Of a stretch of 64,000 bases of DNA, positions 48,461-61,689 are shown in pieces. A model generated the notes under the pieces. The model was given only the letters and a program-made list of their open reading frames with translations, ran no database searches and had not been told where the DNA came from. Source of the stretch: Haliotis rubra (lineage: Eukaryota); NCBI RefSeq assembly GCF_003918875.1, contig NW_025767284.1:310001-374000 (forward strand), given 5' to 3'. Made by a program: the position numbers and the translations under genes. Positions within the stretch are counted from its first letter, which is position 1. Every line of letters starts with the position of its first letter.

Positions 48461-49957
48461 CACTGAACATCATTGAAAACGCACCACTTATAAAGGTTCA
48501 GATTGTGAAAAGCACGTGTAAGGAATTGATATTTTTTTGAGTGGATAAGAAAAGATGGACGACTGACATAAAAACAACACAGAAAAGACGCTCATTCATT
48601 GAAATGTTCCACAGTCAGAAAGGATCAAACACACGTGGGGTCAAATCGATATCGCGTGTGACCGCCATTTGCATTGACACATGCAGTTCAGCGTCTCCTC
48701 ATTGAGTCAATAAGCGTCCGAATTGAGTTCTGAAGGATGGCACTCCACTTCTGCAGTAGTGCAGCCTCAAGTTCCCGGATGTTTTCGCCGCGAAAGACTT
48801 TGACCAATTTCGTCCCACAAGTGCTCCATGGGGGATACATATGGCGACTGTGCTAGCCAATGAATAACCTGGATGTGTTGCTGGGTCAGATACTGCATGG
48901 AAAGTCTTGTTGTGTCTGCCCGTGCGTTGTCCTGTTGAAAAAGTATGGACATCTTGGTGGTGATTGAAGACAGATACGATGTGATTCTGAAGAATCTGCT
49001 CACGGTAATAAAGGGCATTAACCCTCCCTTGACAGACATGAAGGCAGTCCTGTGATTGTAATTTATTCCACCCCAGACCATGACACTTCCACCCCCCCAA
49101 CGGTCTGTCTGAACTACACACTCATCAGCATAACGCTCACCACGTCTACGCCAAACACATAATCGGCCGTCAGCATTACGTAGATGAAGACGTGACTCGT
49201 CAGTGACTACCACACCAGGCCATTGTTGTAACCTTTACTGAAATGCCTGCTAGCTCATTGTATACGCTTATTACGGTGTCTGTCAGTCAGAATTGGTCCA
49301 ACGTAAGTACGTCGAGCATGGAGCCCTGTAGCGTGTAGACGGCGTCGCATGGAGTCAGTGCTGATGACCCCCACGTCAACCTTGAACTAGTGCAGCAGTC
49401 CTGGCAGTCTGCAGTGTTCAATCACTGACATGGACAAGGTCAATATGGCGATCCTGATGGAGCGTCGTAACACGTTGTTGCCAAGGTCACTGAAGGTCAC
49501 GGGTGCTGCCTGTCTACTGATGTCGTCTATGAAGCCTAACGATGGTGGAGTGGCCAAGTCCAAGTTGTCGAGCAATATCCCTGCTGCTGGTGCCAACCTG
49601 AATCATGCTTAGTGCATGTTCTCTTTCGTGAGGTGTTAACCTCGGCATCTCTGTCCTCGTTTCACAATCGTTAGTGAAGCAGTGAGAATCGTTTCCTCAT
49701 ACACCTGCTTTTAATGTCACAGTCAGTATGATTTCAGAATGAATTTCGCGCTTTTTTCATGGCGTGGCTGCATGTTGATGCATTTTGGAATTAAGAGTCA
49801 TACTGTGGACAGGAATTTGTTTCTAAAGCATTTTTTCAAGTAGACATGCCCTTCGACTTCATGTTAGTTATATTCATTGATCATTGTCATCCTGAAATCC
49901 ATCTTGATTAAAAAATTGGACAATTTTAGACTGGTGCGTTTTCAATGATGTTCAGTA
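48461..49957 (-). mobile_element. Full-length Tc1-family transposon (1497 bp), inactive
   Basis: 26-bp TIR (C/T)ACTGAACATCATTGAAAACGCACCA; TA TSD at 48459-48460 and 49958-49959. Confidence 0.97.
48646..49648 (-). pseudogene. Tc1 DD34E transposase pseudogene
   Basis: MPRLTPHEREHALSMIQVG..IARQLG (HTH), TDESR, VWRRRGERY, GGGSVMVWGGI, FQQDNA-(34 aa spacing)-SPMEHLW, GGHTRY; several stops and frameshifts. Confidence 0.96.
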
Positions 49958-49959
49958 TA

Positions 49960-50292
49960 ATTAGTCCATTTATATTGCGCTAAATCCACACCGACACCAT
50001 GCTCATAAGGCAGACAATCATTACCCCTGTGAGGCGCTAAAAGGTTACACATAGTCACATGACATATCCCACCGGGTACCCATTTTCTCCTGGTGAACAG
50101 AGGCAAGTTTGAACAAACTCAGCTGACTAAGGTGAGATCACACGTATCACATGTGCCTCAGTGTAGGTCAGGACTGAGGACTAAAGCGCTAGAAACTCTC
50201 AGGATTCAAGCTGCCAAACACGGTCACCCACCCAAGGGCTCTTCACGCTTCTTCACGTTGCTTAACCTCCAGTGATTTGTGACCTGAGCTGG
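49960..50292 (-). mobile_element. SINE family D (5S-derived), second copy; Tc1 inserted in its (TAA)n tail
   Basis: Collinear with 13550-13915 (CCACCGGGTACCCATTTT, AAGCTGCCAAACACGGTCACCCA, TGCTTAAC); the tail remnant TATAATAATA lies left of the Tc1. Confidence 0.85.
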
Positions 50293-50526
50293 GAGTGAGG
50301 GCGGTGTAGGGCCGGGGTGGATTCGAGAGTGTTTGGGGTGGAGGCGGGTTGTTTTGGTTTGAAATGACGGGGTTGGGGAATGGGGATAAAGGGAATGACC
50401 ACTGATGTTGGTGGGTGTGGGGATGCTACGAGGGGAATATTCAGACAACAAAAACAAAGACGAATGTGCTTGTTCCTGTCCCGTTAAATATACTATCTAT
50501 CTTGTTTAAATACCAATTATCTCATT

Positions 50527-50688
50527 TCCAATATTTGGAAAATATTCCATCATCATCATTATCATCATCGTCGTCGTCGTCGTCGTCGTCGTCATCATCA
50601 TCATCATCATCATCATCATAATAATCATCATCGTCATCATCGCCACCATCATCATCAGCATGTTCATCAGCATTATCATCATCGTCAT
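50527..50688. repeat. Compound (CAT)n/(CGT)n microsatellite
   Basis: Directly visible. Confidence 0.97.
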
Positions 50689-51171
50689 TTTTGATTCCGT
50701 AGAAAGAGGAGCTTATTCGGATATTTAACCGATACTTTCCCATCTCTACTCTCACGGGACGTTAGCGCGTCTGGCACTGACTGACCGTGACGTTTTGACA
50801 TTCCATATTTAGACACCCTCCGGGGATATTGTGATGGTAATTCGATGCAAGTTGTAATTTCATTGGACGAATAGATCAATGAGTTAAATGATTTATATAG
50901 TGACGCGAAAGAAACTATGCCGCATATATGATATGGTCTCGCGAGATCGCACATAACGACACTGATCGCACCATATCACAAGCTCTGAGCGACGAAACCA
51001 CAAATTACGTTAGCGTCGTCTCAGCGAAGTGTCTAAGTTGACGTGACTGACTGGGGCAAGGCAGCTTGGACACCACGTAACGCACGCGATCTGATAAATT
51101 TGTTCCCGTTACCACAACTCTCGACTTGAACGATGATCCATAGAGTTATCTGCCCTTGGTTGGGTTACGGC

Positions 51172-51598
51172 TAGTGTTGGGAATTGGTTAAAATCTTATA
51201 ATTGATGATTGGTTCATTACAACCGATCAATCATCGAAAATAGTTGGTTAGCGTTATTCAAATTGTCCTGGTTATGTTTGTTAATATACACAAAATAAAG
51301 AAAAAAACATGTAGTTCTTTCGGTTGTTTTGGCAAATTTCATGTCTTTAAAGGATGACTAATATGTTAGGAACATAAATTTCCTGGAGTCGTCAAGATAA
51401 ATTTTAATCATGACTTGGAACGAGCTTGTAGTGCTTATGAAATGCAACAAACAAAACCAACCTTGTGATAAATATTGTCAATGCAAACAAGTGTTCCAAA
51501 ATTGTTTGTGTTCGATTATGAGAAAATGTGATCGATTGCTTGGTCGTTTAGTCATTACGACCAATCTTCGATTATTTCAATCAATTGGACCACCACTA
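51172..51598. mobile_element. hAT-type MITE (427 bp)
   Basis: Perfect 8-bp TSD GTTACGGC (51164-51171, 51599-51606); TIR TAGTGTTGG / CCACCACTA; ATCGAT-like subterminal motifs. Confidence 0.9.
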
Positions 51599-52065
51599 GT
51601 TACGGCCCCTTGGCGTGTTCTCAACTTCCCAGACACGACAGCGACTGACATCGGTAGCAGCGGCACAGTTCAGGGATTATTGCTTTCAGGAACAGGAATT
51701 GCTTTCTTTCCTTTCGGCATAGGTCCGAGAATTAAACGACTCGTCAATACAATGACGTCTGATTTATGGCTATGTGACCATTTGTTTCTCAACAAGGGAC
51801 ATAACATGAGATGCTGGGAAAGGCCATGTCGACAATATCGTTGATGCATGAAATACCTTAATATGTACTTCGTTGAGGAAGCAGTTTGCTTAGGTTGTTT
51901 GTCGTTACATATTGGAATAGCTTAAACCATCACTAGTTACTGACTGAACCCGATATAAAACCTAAATAGATATAGACCAGATTTGGCGAAGCCATAATCG
52001 ACGTAAAGACTAAACGTTGACAATGAACATATACCAAACAAGGCGTGCATGTATACTAGATTAGA

Positions 52066-52690
52066 TATAGCCCAGACAAGGTGTAAACTAGACTAGACCA
52101 GACTAGACATGGGCCAGAACAGATATTGGCAAGACTAGATGTAGACTAGAAAATAAGTAGAGCTGAACAGAAGTAGATGGGACTAGACATAGATCAGAAA
52201 AAAGGTAGAGCTGATCGGAAGTAGATGGGACTAGATGTAGACCAGGAAAGAGGTAGAGCTGATCGGAAGTAGATGGGACTAGATGTAGACCAGGAAAGAG
52301 GTAGAGCTGATCGGAAGTAGATGGGACTAGACATAGATCAGAAAAAAAGTAGAGCTGATCGGAAGTAGATGGGACTAGATGTAGACCAGGAAAGAGGTAG
52401 AGCTGATCGGAAGTAGATGGGACTAGATGTAGACCAGGAAAGAGGTAGAGCTGATCGGAAGTAGATGGGTTTAGATGTAGACCAGAAAAGCGGTAGTGCT
52501 GATCAGACGTAGATGGGACTAGATGTTGACCAGAAAAGAGGTAGCGCTGATCGGAAGTAGATGGGACTGTATAGCCCAGAGAAGGTGTAAACTAGACTAG
52601 ACTAGCCATGGACCAGAACAGATATAGACAAGACTAGATGTAGACTAGTGAAGAGTTAGAGCTTAACAGAAGTAGATGGGACTAGATGTG
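52066..52690. repeat. 48-bp purine-rich minisatellite bracketed by ~120-bp direct repeats
   Basis: Unit CTAGATGTAGACCAGGAAAGAGGTAGAGCTGATCGGAAGTAGATGGGA; 52066-52190 resembles 52570-52688. Confidence 0.92.
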
Positions 52691-53127
52691 GATAAGATTG
52701 AATAATAATAATAATAAGCCGGGTTCATTTTATATAAAGGCCATAACAGCCATCGTACAAGGTGGTACAATAGTGATTTGAGTAACTATTTTCACATAAC
52801 AATGTGACGATAAGTATTAACTCACTCACTCATTCATTCACATAACAACGCTAACAGAATAATAATATCCATGGCCGTTAAAACGTCGACACATGTCCTC
52901 ATAGCGTTACAAGTATAAACAATATGGATTTCATCCTCAATACGTTTACAGTGTTTAGATAACACAAAATCATCAGTACAAGAGTCAATATATTTAATAC
53001 CTAGTGCATTACATCTTGATCTAAATGATGTGAACAGCCGGTTTAACGTATTACTATATTCAATGATAATTATATTTCACAAGTCAACATAGATTTATGA
53101 GAATTATGGAAAGACAGCGAAGGAACA

Positions 53128-53638
53128 TCAAGGGAAGAATGTAACTCTTGCATAGGACAGTTGTTAACAAGGGAAGAAAGTCACTCTTGCATAGAACAGT
53201 TGTTAACAAGGGAAGAATGTCACTCTTGCATAGAACAGTTGTTAACAAGGGAAGAAAGTCACTCCTTGCATAGAACAGTTGTTAACAAGGGAAGAATGTC
53301 ACTCTTGCATAGAACAGTTGTTAACAAGGGAAGAAAGTCACTCTTGCATAGGACAGCTGTTAACAAGGGAAGAAAGTCACTCCTTGCATAGAACAGTTGT
53401 TAACAAGGGAAGAAAGTCACTCTTGCATAGGACAGTTGTTAACAAGGGAAGAATGTCACTCTTGCATAGAACAGTTGTTAACAAGGGAAGAAAGTCACTC
53501 CTTGCATAGAACAGTTGTTAACAAGGGAAGAAAGTCACCCTTGCATAGGACAGTTGTTAACAAGGGAAGAAAGTCACTCTTGCATAGAGCAGTTGTTAAC
53601 AAGGGAAGAATGTCACTCTTGCATAGAATAGTTGTTAA
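53128..53638. repeat. 39/40-bp minisatellite with a 118-bp trimeric higher-order repeat
   Basis: AACAAGGGAAGAA(A/T)GTCACTC(C)TTGCATAG(A/G)ACAGTTGTT; the extra C recurs every third unit. Confidence 0.96.
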
Positions 53639-53752
53639 TTCTTTCAGTAAACATACACTACCACATTTCCGTATCACCTACATCTTGTGAACTCCAAGAA
53701 GTACCAAAGCCAAAATAAAATAACAAAACACTGATTGAATAACATCATTATG

Positions 53753-54301
53753 TATCTGAAGCATCATCATCTGAAGCATTATTATCTGAAGCATTATCAT
53801 CTGAAGCATTATCATCTGAAGCATTATCATCTGAAGCATTATCATCTGAAGCTTTATCATCTGAAGCTTTATCATCTGAAGCATTATCATCTGAAACATT
53901 ATCATCTGAAGCATTATTCTCTGAAGCATTATCATCTGAAGCTTTATCATCTGAAGCATTATCATCTGAAGCATTATCATCTGAAACATTATCATCTGAA
54001 GCTTTATCATCTGAAGCATTATCATCTGAAGCATTATCATCTGAAACATTTCATATGAAGCTTTATCATCTGAAGCATTATCATCTGAAGCATTATCATC
54101 TGAAACATTATCATCTGAAGCTTTATCATCTGAAGCATTATCATCTGAAGCTTTATCATCTGAAGCATTATCACCTGAAGCATTATCATCTGAAACATTA
54201 TCATCTGAAGCTTTATCATCTGAAGCAGTATCATCTGAAGCATTATCATCTGAAACATTATCATCTGAAGCTTTATCATCTGAAGCATTATCATCTGAAG
54301 C
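53753..54301. repeat. 15-bp minisatellite (GCATTATCATCTGAA)
   Basis: About 36 units. Confidence 0.98.
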
Positions 54302-54694
54302 GGATCATAAGTAATCTCAGAAGCAATACAGAGGAAAGGAAATTTCTGCGAACCCTGTCACTGACAACATAACGACCTGAGACAGCCACAATATCAAACC
54401 AACACAGTCCTCAGATAGTCCGCATTGTCGTTGACCTTGGACAGTGACCCAGGTCAAGGACAAGAAAGCAAAACGACTTCAAAGACATTTGATGTTGAGG
54501 AGATATGTAACACGAATGTCCACTCTGGTGAGAGAGAGTGTGCGATGGCTAGTGTGACCATATCGCGAACATTCAATATAGCAGTCAAAGCTGAAACATA
54601 AACGTTATTAATCCAATCAAATATAGTCTTTATATGTTCCTGTGATCGACTTGGATTGGGGCGCTGCGTGATAGTTATCTAATTGCGGACTGTT

Positions 54695-56005
54695 AATCTC
54701 ACGACTACCCTTCTACAACCCGCTACTATCACAGCTCCTCACGACAACTCCTTTATTGCATCTCCCAATTGAACAAACCCCCAAGCTGTAACCCATCATC
54801 GAAAAATTCATCGTCTACCGCCCACCTTCTACAACCGAATATCGATATCTCACCATGCACACCCCACCATTGACAACGCACCATCTACAACCCACCAACC
54901 ATAACTCACAACCGACATCCCTCTGTCGATAGCTCAGAACTACATCACACCATCTACAGCCCACCATCGACAGATAACCATATACAACCTATGGTCGGTA
55001 GCTCACCATGTACAACACACAATCTACAACCCACAATGGATAACTCACCATCCACAACCCACAATGGATAACTCACCTTCTACAACCCACAATAGATAAC
55101 TCACAATCTACAACCCACAATGGATAACTCACCATCCACAACCCACAATGGATAACTCACCTTCTACAACCCACAATAGATAACTCACCATCTACAAACC
55201 ACAATGGATAACTCACCATCTACAACCCACAATGGATAACTCACCATCTACAACCCACAATGGATAACTCACCATCTACAACCCACAATCGATAACTCAC
55301 AATCTACAACCCACAATGGATAACTCACCATCCACAACCCACAATGGATAACTCACCTTCTACAACCCACAATAGATAACTCACCATCTACAAACCACAA
55401 TGGATAACTCACCATCTACAACCCACAATGGATAACTCACCATCTACAACCCACAATGGATAACTCACAATCTACAACCCACAATCGATAACTCTCCATC
55501 TACAACCCACAATGGATAACTCATCATCTTCAACCCACAATGGATAAATCACCATCTACAACCCACAAATGATAACTCACCATCTACAACCCACAATGGA
55601 TAACTCGCCATCTACAACCCACAATCGATAACTCGCCATCTACAACCCACAATCGATAACTCACCATCTACAACCCACAATGGATAACTCTCCATCTACA
55701 ACCCACAATGGATAACTCTCCATCTACAACCCACAATGGATAACTCTCCATCTACAACCCACAATGGATAACTCACCATCTACAACCCACAATGGATAAC
55801 TCACCATCTACAACCCACAATCGATAACTCTCCATCTACAACCCACAATGGATAACTCACAATCTACAACCCACAATGGATAACTCTCCATCTACAACCC
55901 ACAATGGATAACTCACCATCTACAACCCACAATGGATAACTCACCATCTACAACCCACAATCGATAACTCACCATCTACAACCCACAGTCGATGACTCAC
56001 CATCC
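54695..56005. repeat. 28-bp minisatellite (CTCACCATCTACAACCCACAATGGATAA) with a decayed left flank
   Basis: Homogeneous from 55020 to 56005; degenerate from 54695 to 55020. Confidence 0.97.
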
Positions 56006-57107
56006 ATGGAATATTTGCAATATTTCGCTGGATTTTTATGGGGAATAACAACGATAAGTGCAATAGTTTAGCCACGACTCCCGGATTACAAACACCTGTT
56101 GCAGGTTTAGATATAGAAATATAATAACCAACAATCGCTGTAATAAGACAAGAGGTCATCATCATACTACGTAGAACATCCTTATATGGCCATAGCACCA
56201 ACAGAACCCCACCAACAAATCTCATTCCTATTTGTGGACCACAAATCGGTATATATCCTTTAAATGACTAAAAGCACTTATAAAAATGTGCTGCCAGTCA
56301 AGAGAAACGCCGTTATATCCGATTGTATTTCAAACAGCGCTACTTCCCCATCTAATGTCGCGCAGCCATTTGTCCAGATATAGAAAAAAGATGAGCCTTG
56401 TCGGTCATCGGGCCTGACACAGGCGGGGGTGGCTATAAGCCTCTATCTTATTCACAGTATGTCGATAGCATTAAATAGCCCCTCAGCCAGCCCGTCCGAC
56501 AATGACTCGCCCGTGCTGTAGAGCCGCGGGGAATCGGTTAAACACACACACGCTGAATGACTTTAAACACATACGGGCTGCTTTCGTCGTTGTAGTCGCA
56601 CGACGTTGAGTGACGTTACATGTTGCCAGCTTTAGGCGGCACTAAGTGTTAGATAAGTCTAACGCAAACAAACCTCCGACGCATCTTCTCTCTTCGGGAC
56701 ATGCCTTGTCTAATTTGTCAATACATTCATTGTATTGTCATCGGCCTGCCAGCTCTAACTCAGGTAATCCATACCGATGTGTTTCAGCAGCGGAACTACA
56801 AGCGTCGTTAAACCCGTTCCTTAGCCTTCTTAACGAGCCATGTGCTTTCAATGAGATATTAAACAAATATCAACTTGGAGGATTCAATAACCGTTCCAGG
56901 GCCTACTTACTCAAAGACTTCCTGCCACGACAATATGGGAATTCCAGTCGTCAATCAGGGGCAAATAGTGGAACAGACCGGATAACGTGGCATTGTTTGG
57001 CTACATGTGAGAGGTGCCTACATAGAATATCTATTATAAAGTGTGTGAGATAATGAAATATCGTGTTGTATTACATGGCGGTATATAAGAGGTGCCTATA
57101 TAGAATA

Positions 57108-57545
57108 TAATAATAATTCATGAATATAGATAGCGCATCATTCACAGTCCTATGCTCTGTGCGCTTAGCAAGGGAAGGAAAACCTGGGACAAGAGAACAG
57201 TCTTTAATTGTGAATTGAAAGATTCAAGTGAAGAGGCAGATTTAAGATTTTCTGGTAGACAGTTCCATTTTTCTGCAGCTGCATATTTGAATGTTCTCTT
57301 GCCAAAAGTTGAGGTCTGAAATTTTGGAATAGTGAAAAGTCTTGGCTTTCTTGACCTCAGAGGTATCGGAGGACAATAGATGTTGAATAGTTCAGTGAGG
57401 TATGGTGGAGCAAATTTTGTGAAAACACTTGAATGCATACAACATTATTTTATAGTCAATGCGGAATGAAACTGGCAACCAATGGAGCTCTTTCAGTACT
57501 GGGGAGATGGGGTCAAACTTTGACGCTCTGAGTGTGATTTTGTAA
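57108..57545 (-). mobile_element. L2/CR1-group LINE 3' fragment
   Basis: Minus strand reads FDPISPVLKELHWLPVSFRIDYKI, then after a frameshift APPYLTEL...LRS...FGKRTFKYAAAEKWNCLPENLKSASSLESFNSQLKT; AGCGCA..TGCGCT stem and (TTA)n tail. Confidence 0.92.
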
Positions 57546-57612
57546 CAGAGCTCACCCGCTTATGACGAAGACCCATCAATAAAACGAGTGACATGTAACA
57601 TTCAAAGTTACA

Positions 57613-57795
57613 GAGAGTGAATGTGGTTTTACGCTGCACTCAGTAATATTCCAGCTATGTATTGGCGGTCTGTAATTATTCGAGTCTGGACCAGACAATC
57701 CAGTGATCAACAGCATGAGCATCTATCTACATAATTGGGATACGATGACATGTGTCAGCCGAGTCAGCGAGCCTGACCACCCGGATCTTCACGGG
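57613..57795 (-). mobile_element. Retroposon family C with an internal deletion
   Basis: Same 5' end CCCGTGAAGATCCGGG, joined directly to TGGTCAGGCTCGCTGAC (deletion between GATCCGGG and GATCGGG microhomologies). Confidence 0.9.
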
Positions 57796-59371
57796 ACTCG
57801 AAGTTAAACCTGTCCTGACTAACCTACACTGACAAATAACACACACAATTACACTTCTAAAGAGTGGCGTGCAGTGTTACAGAACTCGCCCATTTACAAC
57901 AAACAGCCATCAATTTTTCCTTTCATGTAAATCAACCAGCTCCTTTTCAATGGATATAGTAAGCCCCTACGGAAGTGGCATTCCAATATCCGACCTGATC
58001 TAACGAGTTTACAAAATTAAACGATCAGCTGGAAGCATACAGAGCTGACCCTTGTAAAAAAACCTTTGAATACCGACCGAACCACTGAAAGCCATTGCCA
58101 TGGGTGATAATATGATGCTGTTCATCTCTACATAAACTGACCTCGGAAACAACAGTGGTGAATCAAGACCGGCAAGAAAGGATCACTTTGACAATCAGAA
58201 GCGCTTATTTAATATTCGGAAAATAATAATACAGGGAAATGGGATATACAAAGAGATTCATTATAACGTCCATACATCAAACATGATTGATGGAGCGTCC
58301 CTGATACAGCAGGAAGAGATCCGTTAGGATCCCCTTGAAGAGAAGTTGATATCATCTGAGCATGTGTTGGTCATATTTGTGATGTATACACTCATAAACG
58401 GATGATGGCTTCTCATTAAGTTCAATGCCATGTATTTGTTGCGCTTATGTATTCCGTTTGTCGATGAATATGTCAGAAATCTTTGACTGTGTAACTACGG
58501 TGATTTACGAGCACAATCAGTAATCAAGGCCTCTCACTAACAATCAGTAATCAAGGCCTCGGTGGTAATGTGAGACTAGTCACGCGTCATGAATGACCTT
58601 CACCTTCTCAAAGGATGGCATTGTCATGATGTATCGCTTCCGATTCAAATGCGAGGATTCCAACATCATGTACATTTAACGACGGGTGGAATGAGTGAGT
58701 GAGGGTAGTATTTCAGTCAGGTAATAGCATGGCTGCTTGATGACGTGGAATTGCAAATTATGTTGAGGTTTCAGCGAACTTTGCTGCTACCTACGAGTGT
58801 GGGTGTCTTGCTGTCAAGACGAGAAGATTTTTGCAAGCCAAATCTTGGATTCTAACCCACGGATATCAGTTCCAGGTAAACAGAGAATACTGCAAATTCA
58901 CTAACGTAGGGAACCACACGAAAATCCAAACCCAATTCTTAATTATACCCCTGGGTATGAAATTCTGACAACAACAAAAAATGCCATACAATTATGTTGT
59001 TCTAAAAATGTTTATCCTGTCGTTTGTGATGGCCAAAATGGTTACTATGGAATTAGGTTGTTTATGTTTAGGCGATTTTCTTTGACAGATATGTCCGTGA
59101 TCGAATCGATCCAGAAAAGAAATGAAGTCACATTTTTTAAGAAAGCTGACGTTTGATTCCTTCAGAGCCCGCTCGTCTTTGAGTTTGAGTGGGCGACCAA
59201 TGTTCCGGACTGGTGTACCGGATGTGACGACTTGGAGACGACCTCAGATGTTGCTGGTGGCTGGCTGTAAGGGTGCATACAGATAATGAGCCAACGATCG
59301 TAGGATTCTGGCACGTCTACACAACGAACTGATGATCACTGGATCAGGTTGAAGCAGGACTAAGGTCAAGC

Positions 59372-59533
59372 GGGTGTTGAGGTAGCCTAGTGGATAAAGC
59401 GTTCACTCATCACACCGAAGACCGGGTTCGATTCCCCACATGGGTACAATGTGTGAAGCCCATTTCTGGTGTCCCCCGCCGTGATATTGCTGGGATATTG
59501 CTAAAAGCGGCGCAAAACTAAACTCACTAACTC
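59372..59533 (+). mobile_element. SINE family A
   Basis: Consensus match. Confidence 0.92.
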
Positions 59534-60511
59534 AGATGACAAGCAACAGTTTCTCTAGAAGGTCATTGTTGACAGAAATAGAGGATGTATCATTCTAGAT
59601 ATCACTTGTGCAGCAATTGTAAAACACGTTTTAGCTATCTATCTGGTGGTGGGTGTATCAATCATCAAACAGAAAGGTTTATATCCATAACGCTTTCGCT
59701 GTATTACAAAAATGTGGATAAATACATCATTTTTACCCAATCTGTATTATTTTTATCTATGAGTCTATCAAATATATGACAGCCGGGATTGTATGACCAA
59801 TACTTCATGATAATGAACATCCTCCTCCTTCACCGATGATGTACAGCGTGATATTGAACACCGTGTCAACTGTCACGGTTGTCACGGGAGGAGACAGCAT
59901 GACCCACATTTTGTAACCTACCCTTCTGATGACGTCAGCATTGCATGATCACGTGTTATAACAAACAAATTATATTGACAGTGCGTGACTATCACGATCA
60001 GTTAACTTCTTTCAAAGGCTTGAATGTCATAGAAAACAAAATATATTGACTAAGTATGTGACCAAAGACAGCAGGTGAAGGTCGACTGGACATAGACTAT
60101 GTTCTCTAGATGACTGCTGGATTGACTCTCCTGGATCCTGGATCACCTGGAGCACTAACGAAGAGACGTCGCGAATTTCGGTGTTAGAATGACGGTGTAG
60201 GTGGGTTGATATAGTAACGTAATTAACTTGGGCTGTAGGCACTGAACAGAAAGTGTGAGTGAGTTTGCTTCCGGGCGCTCAACACGTCTTGTGCTAGGAG
60301 TCGTTATCAAATTGCCGTTACACGATTCGACGGTGGTATGTTCGAATCCAATATCATGATACATATGTCCTCAACAGTCGTGTGCCACCCTCACCAGTAT
60401 GATTTAGCACTGCTGTTGTGCTAAATTTGGTAATTTTGATAGCAGCTTGCACTATATATGAGTAAATAAACTCATCATGGTCATACCATCGTGGTTACAC
60501 AGTCTTCCACG

Positions 60512-60781
60512 ACCGCCTCCGTGGTGTAGTGGTTTGAGCGTCCGCCCGGGGTGCGGAAGGTCGCGGGTTCGATCCCCGACCGCGTCATACCAAAACACGT
60601 TGGTCTATGCCTGGCGCTCGGCATTAATGAGTACAACAAGGACTGGTCGGCTCGGAGTCAGTATAATGTGTCTGAGTGGGGTATTCATACACATACACAC
60701 GCATGCACGTCGTCATATGAGCGAAATATTCTCAAGCACGACGTTAAACCCAATTCCACCACCACCACCACCACCACCACC
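60512..60781 (+). mobile_element. SINE family B with complete tRNA(Pro-like) head, internally deleted
   Basis: 15-bp TSD ACACAGTCTTCCACG (60497-60511, 60782-60796); A box TGGTGTAGTGG, B box GGTTCGATCCC; (CCA)n tail; lacks ~70 bp present in 11882-12193. Confidence 0.93.
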
Positions 60782-61689
60782 ACACAGTCTTCCACGGCAC
60801 CATAACTCCATATGCAGAGTTGCTTCCCTTCAGTATAACATGATTTTATTATGGTGATTTGGTTTTCCATTTTGCCCTGATTCTTTCTTTGTCGGCAAAG
60901 TATTTGAGAGTTTCCCAAACAGGATGAAGATCTGAATCAGTTCGGGAATGTCTCCCATTTGAAGCTGTCAGGTCGTCAAAGAGGTGACCCTATGATATCT
61001 GCAGCTGAAATATTTCTCATCGCCATCCAATGGAGTTCAAATGAGTACTTTGGAGGTTTAAATGTTAATTTGACACACCGTGGGCCCGGCAACACACGTC
61101 ACACACGTAAGCGTTAACTATATCCATTCGTCTGAACGAAACGCGTGGGAATAAGGTTTGATTGCACAACTTTATAACATATTGCTTCATTGATAGCAGT
61201 GATGATCTGTTTTGTACGGAAACAATACTTTCCGCGTTTTTATTGGAGCGTCGCATCATTAAAAGCATGATTTAAGACTTTGTTAAATGTATCACACATC
61301 GTCAGTGGGTTGTTCGACTATAGCTACATCGTGTATTGCTGCAAGTACTCATCTGCCTGAAGTGTTAGTACAAGACTAAGTGTGCACGTGGTGACAAATG
61401 GTTTTTCATTCAAACCAGAGCTGTATTATCTGTGTATGTGGGGGCGCTCGAGGTCTGTACTCAATCGCCTCCTGATCGCAGGGATACGAGGGTCGGCAAA
61501 ACAAGTTTGATCTTTCCTACAAAAGGAGTATAGTATAGTGTTTGAATTAAGTAAATACTTCCCCCACCCACAGGCTGTGTTGATACACGAACACTGCAGT
61601 CACTGACGTGATGTCGACAATAGACAAACTTGACTAATGTTTTCTCATCAGAATCTCACAACTAGAAACACCAACTCATGTGGACATGC

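Noticed and set aside
50506-50755. Poly-Asp ORF resembling acidic shell proteins
   Set aside because: Simple (CAT/CGT)n microsatellite, open in several frames, with no gene context.
53678-54372. His-rich (HYHLK)n and (MIMLQ)n ORFs
   Set aside because: 15-bp repeat with a frameshift at ~54050; no signal peptide or splice context.
28990-59940. Hammerhead ribozyme cores (CTGA.GA hits near 28993, 35335, 49361, 59328, 59926)
   Set aside because: None is followed by a stem II plus GAAA and a closing stem with an NUH site that I could build by eye.
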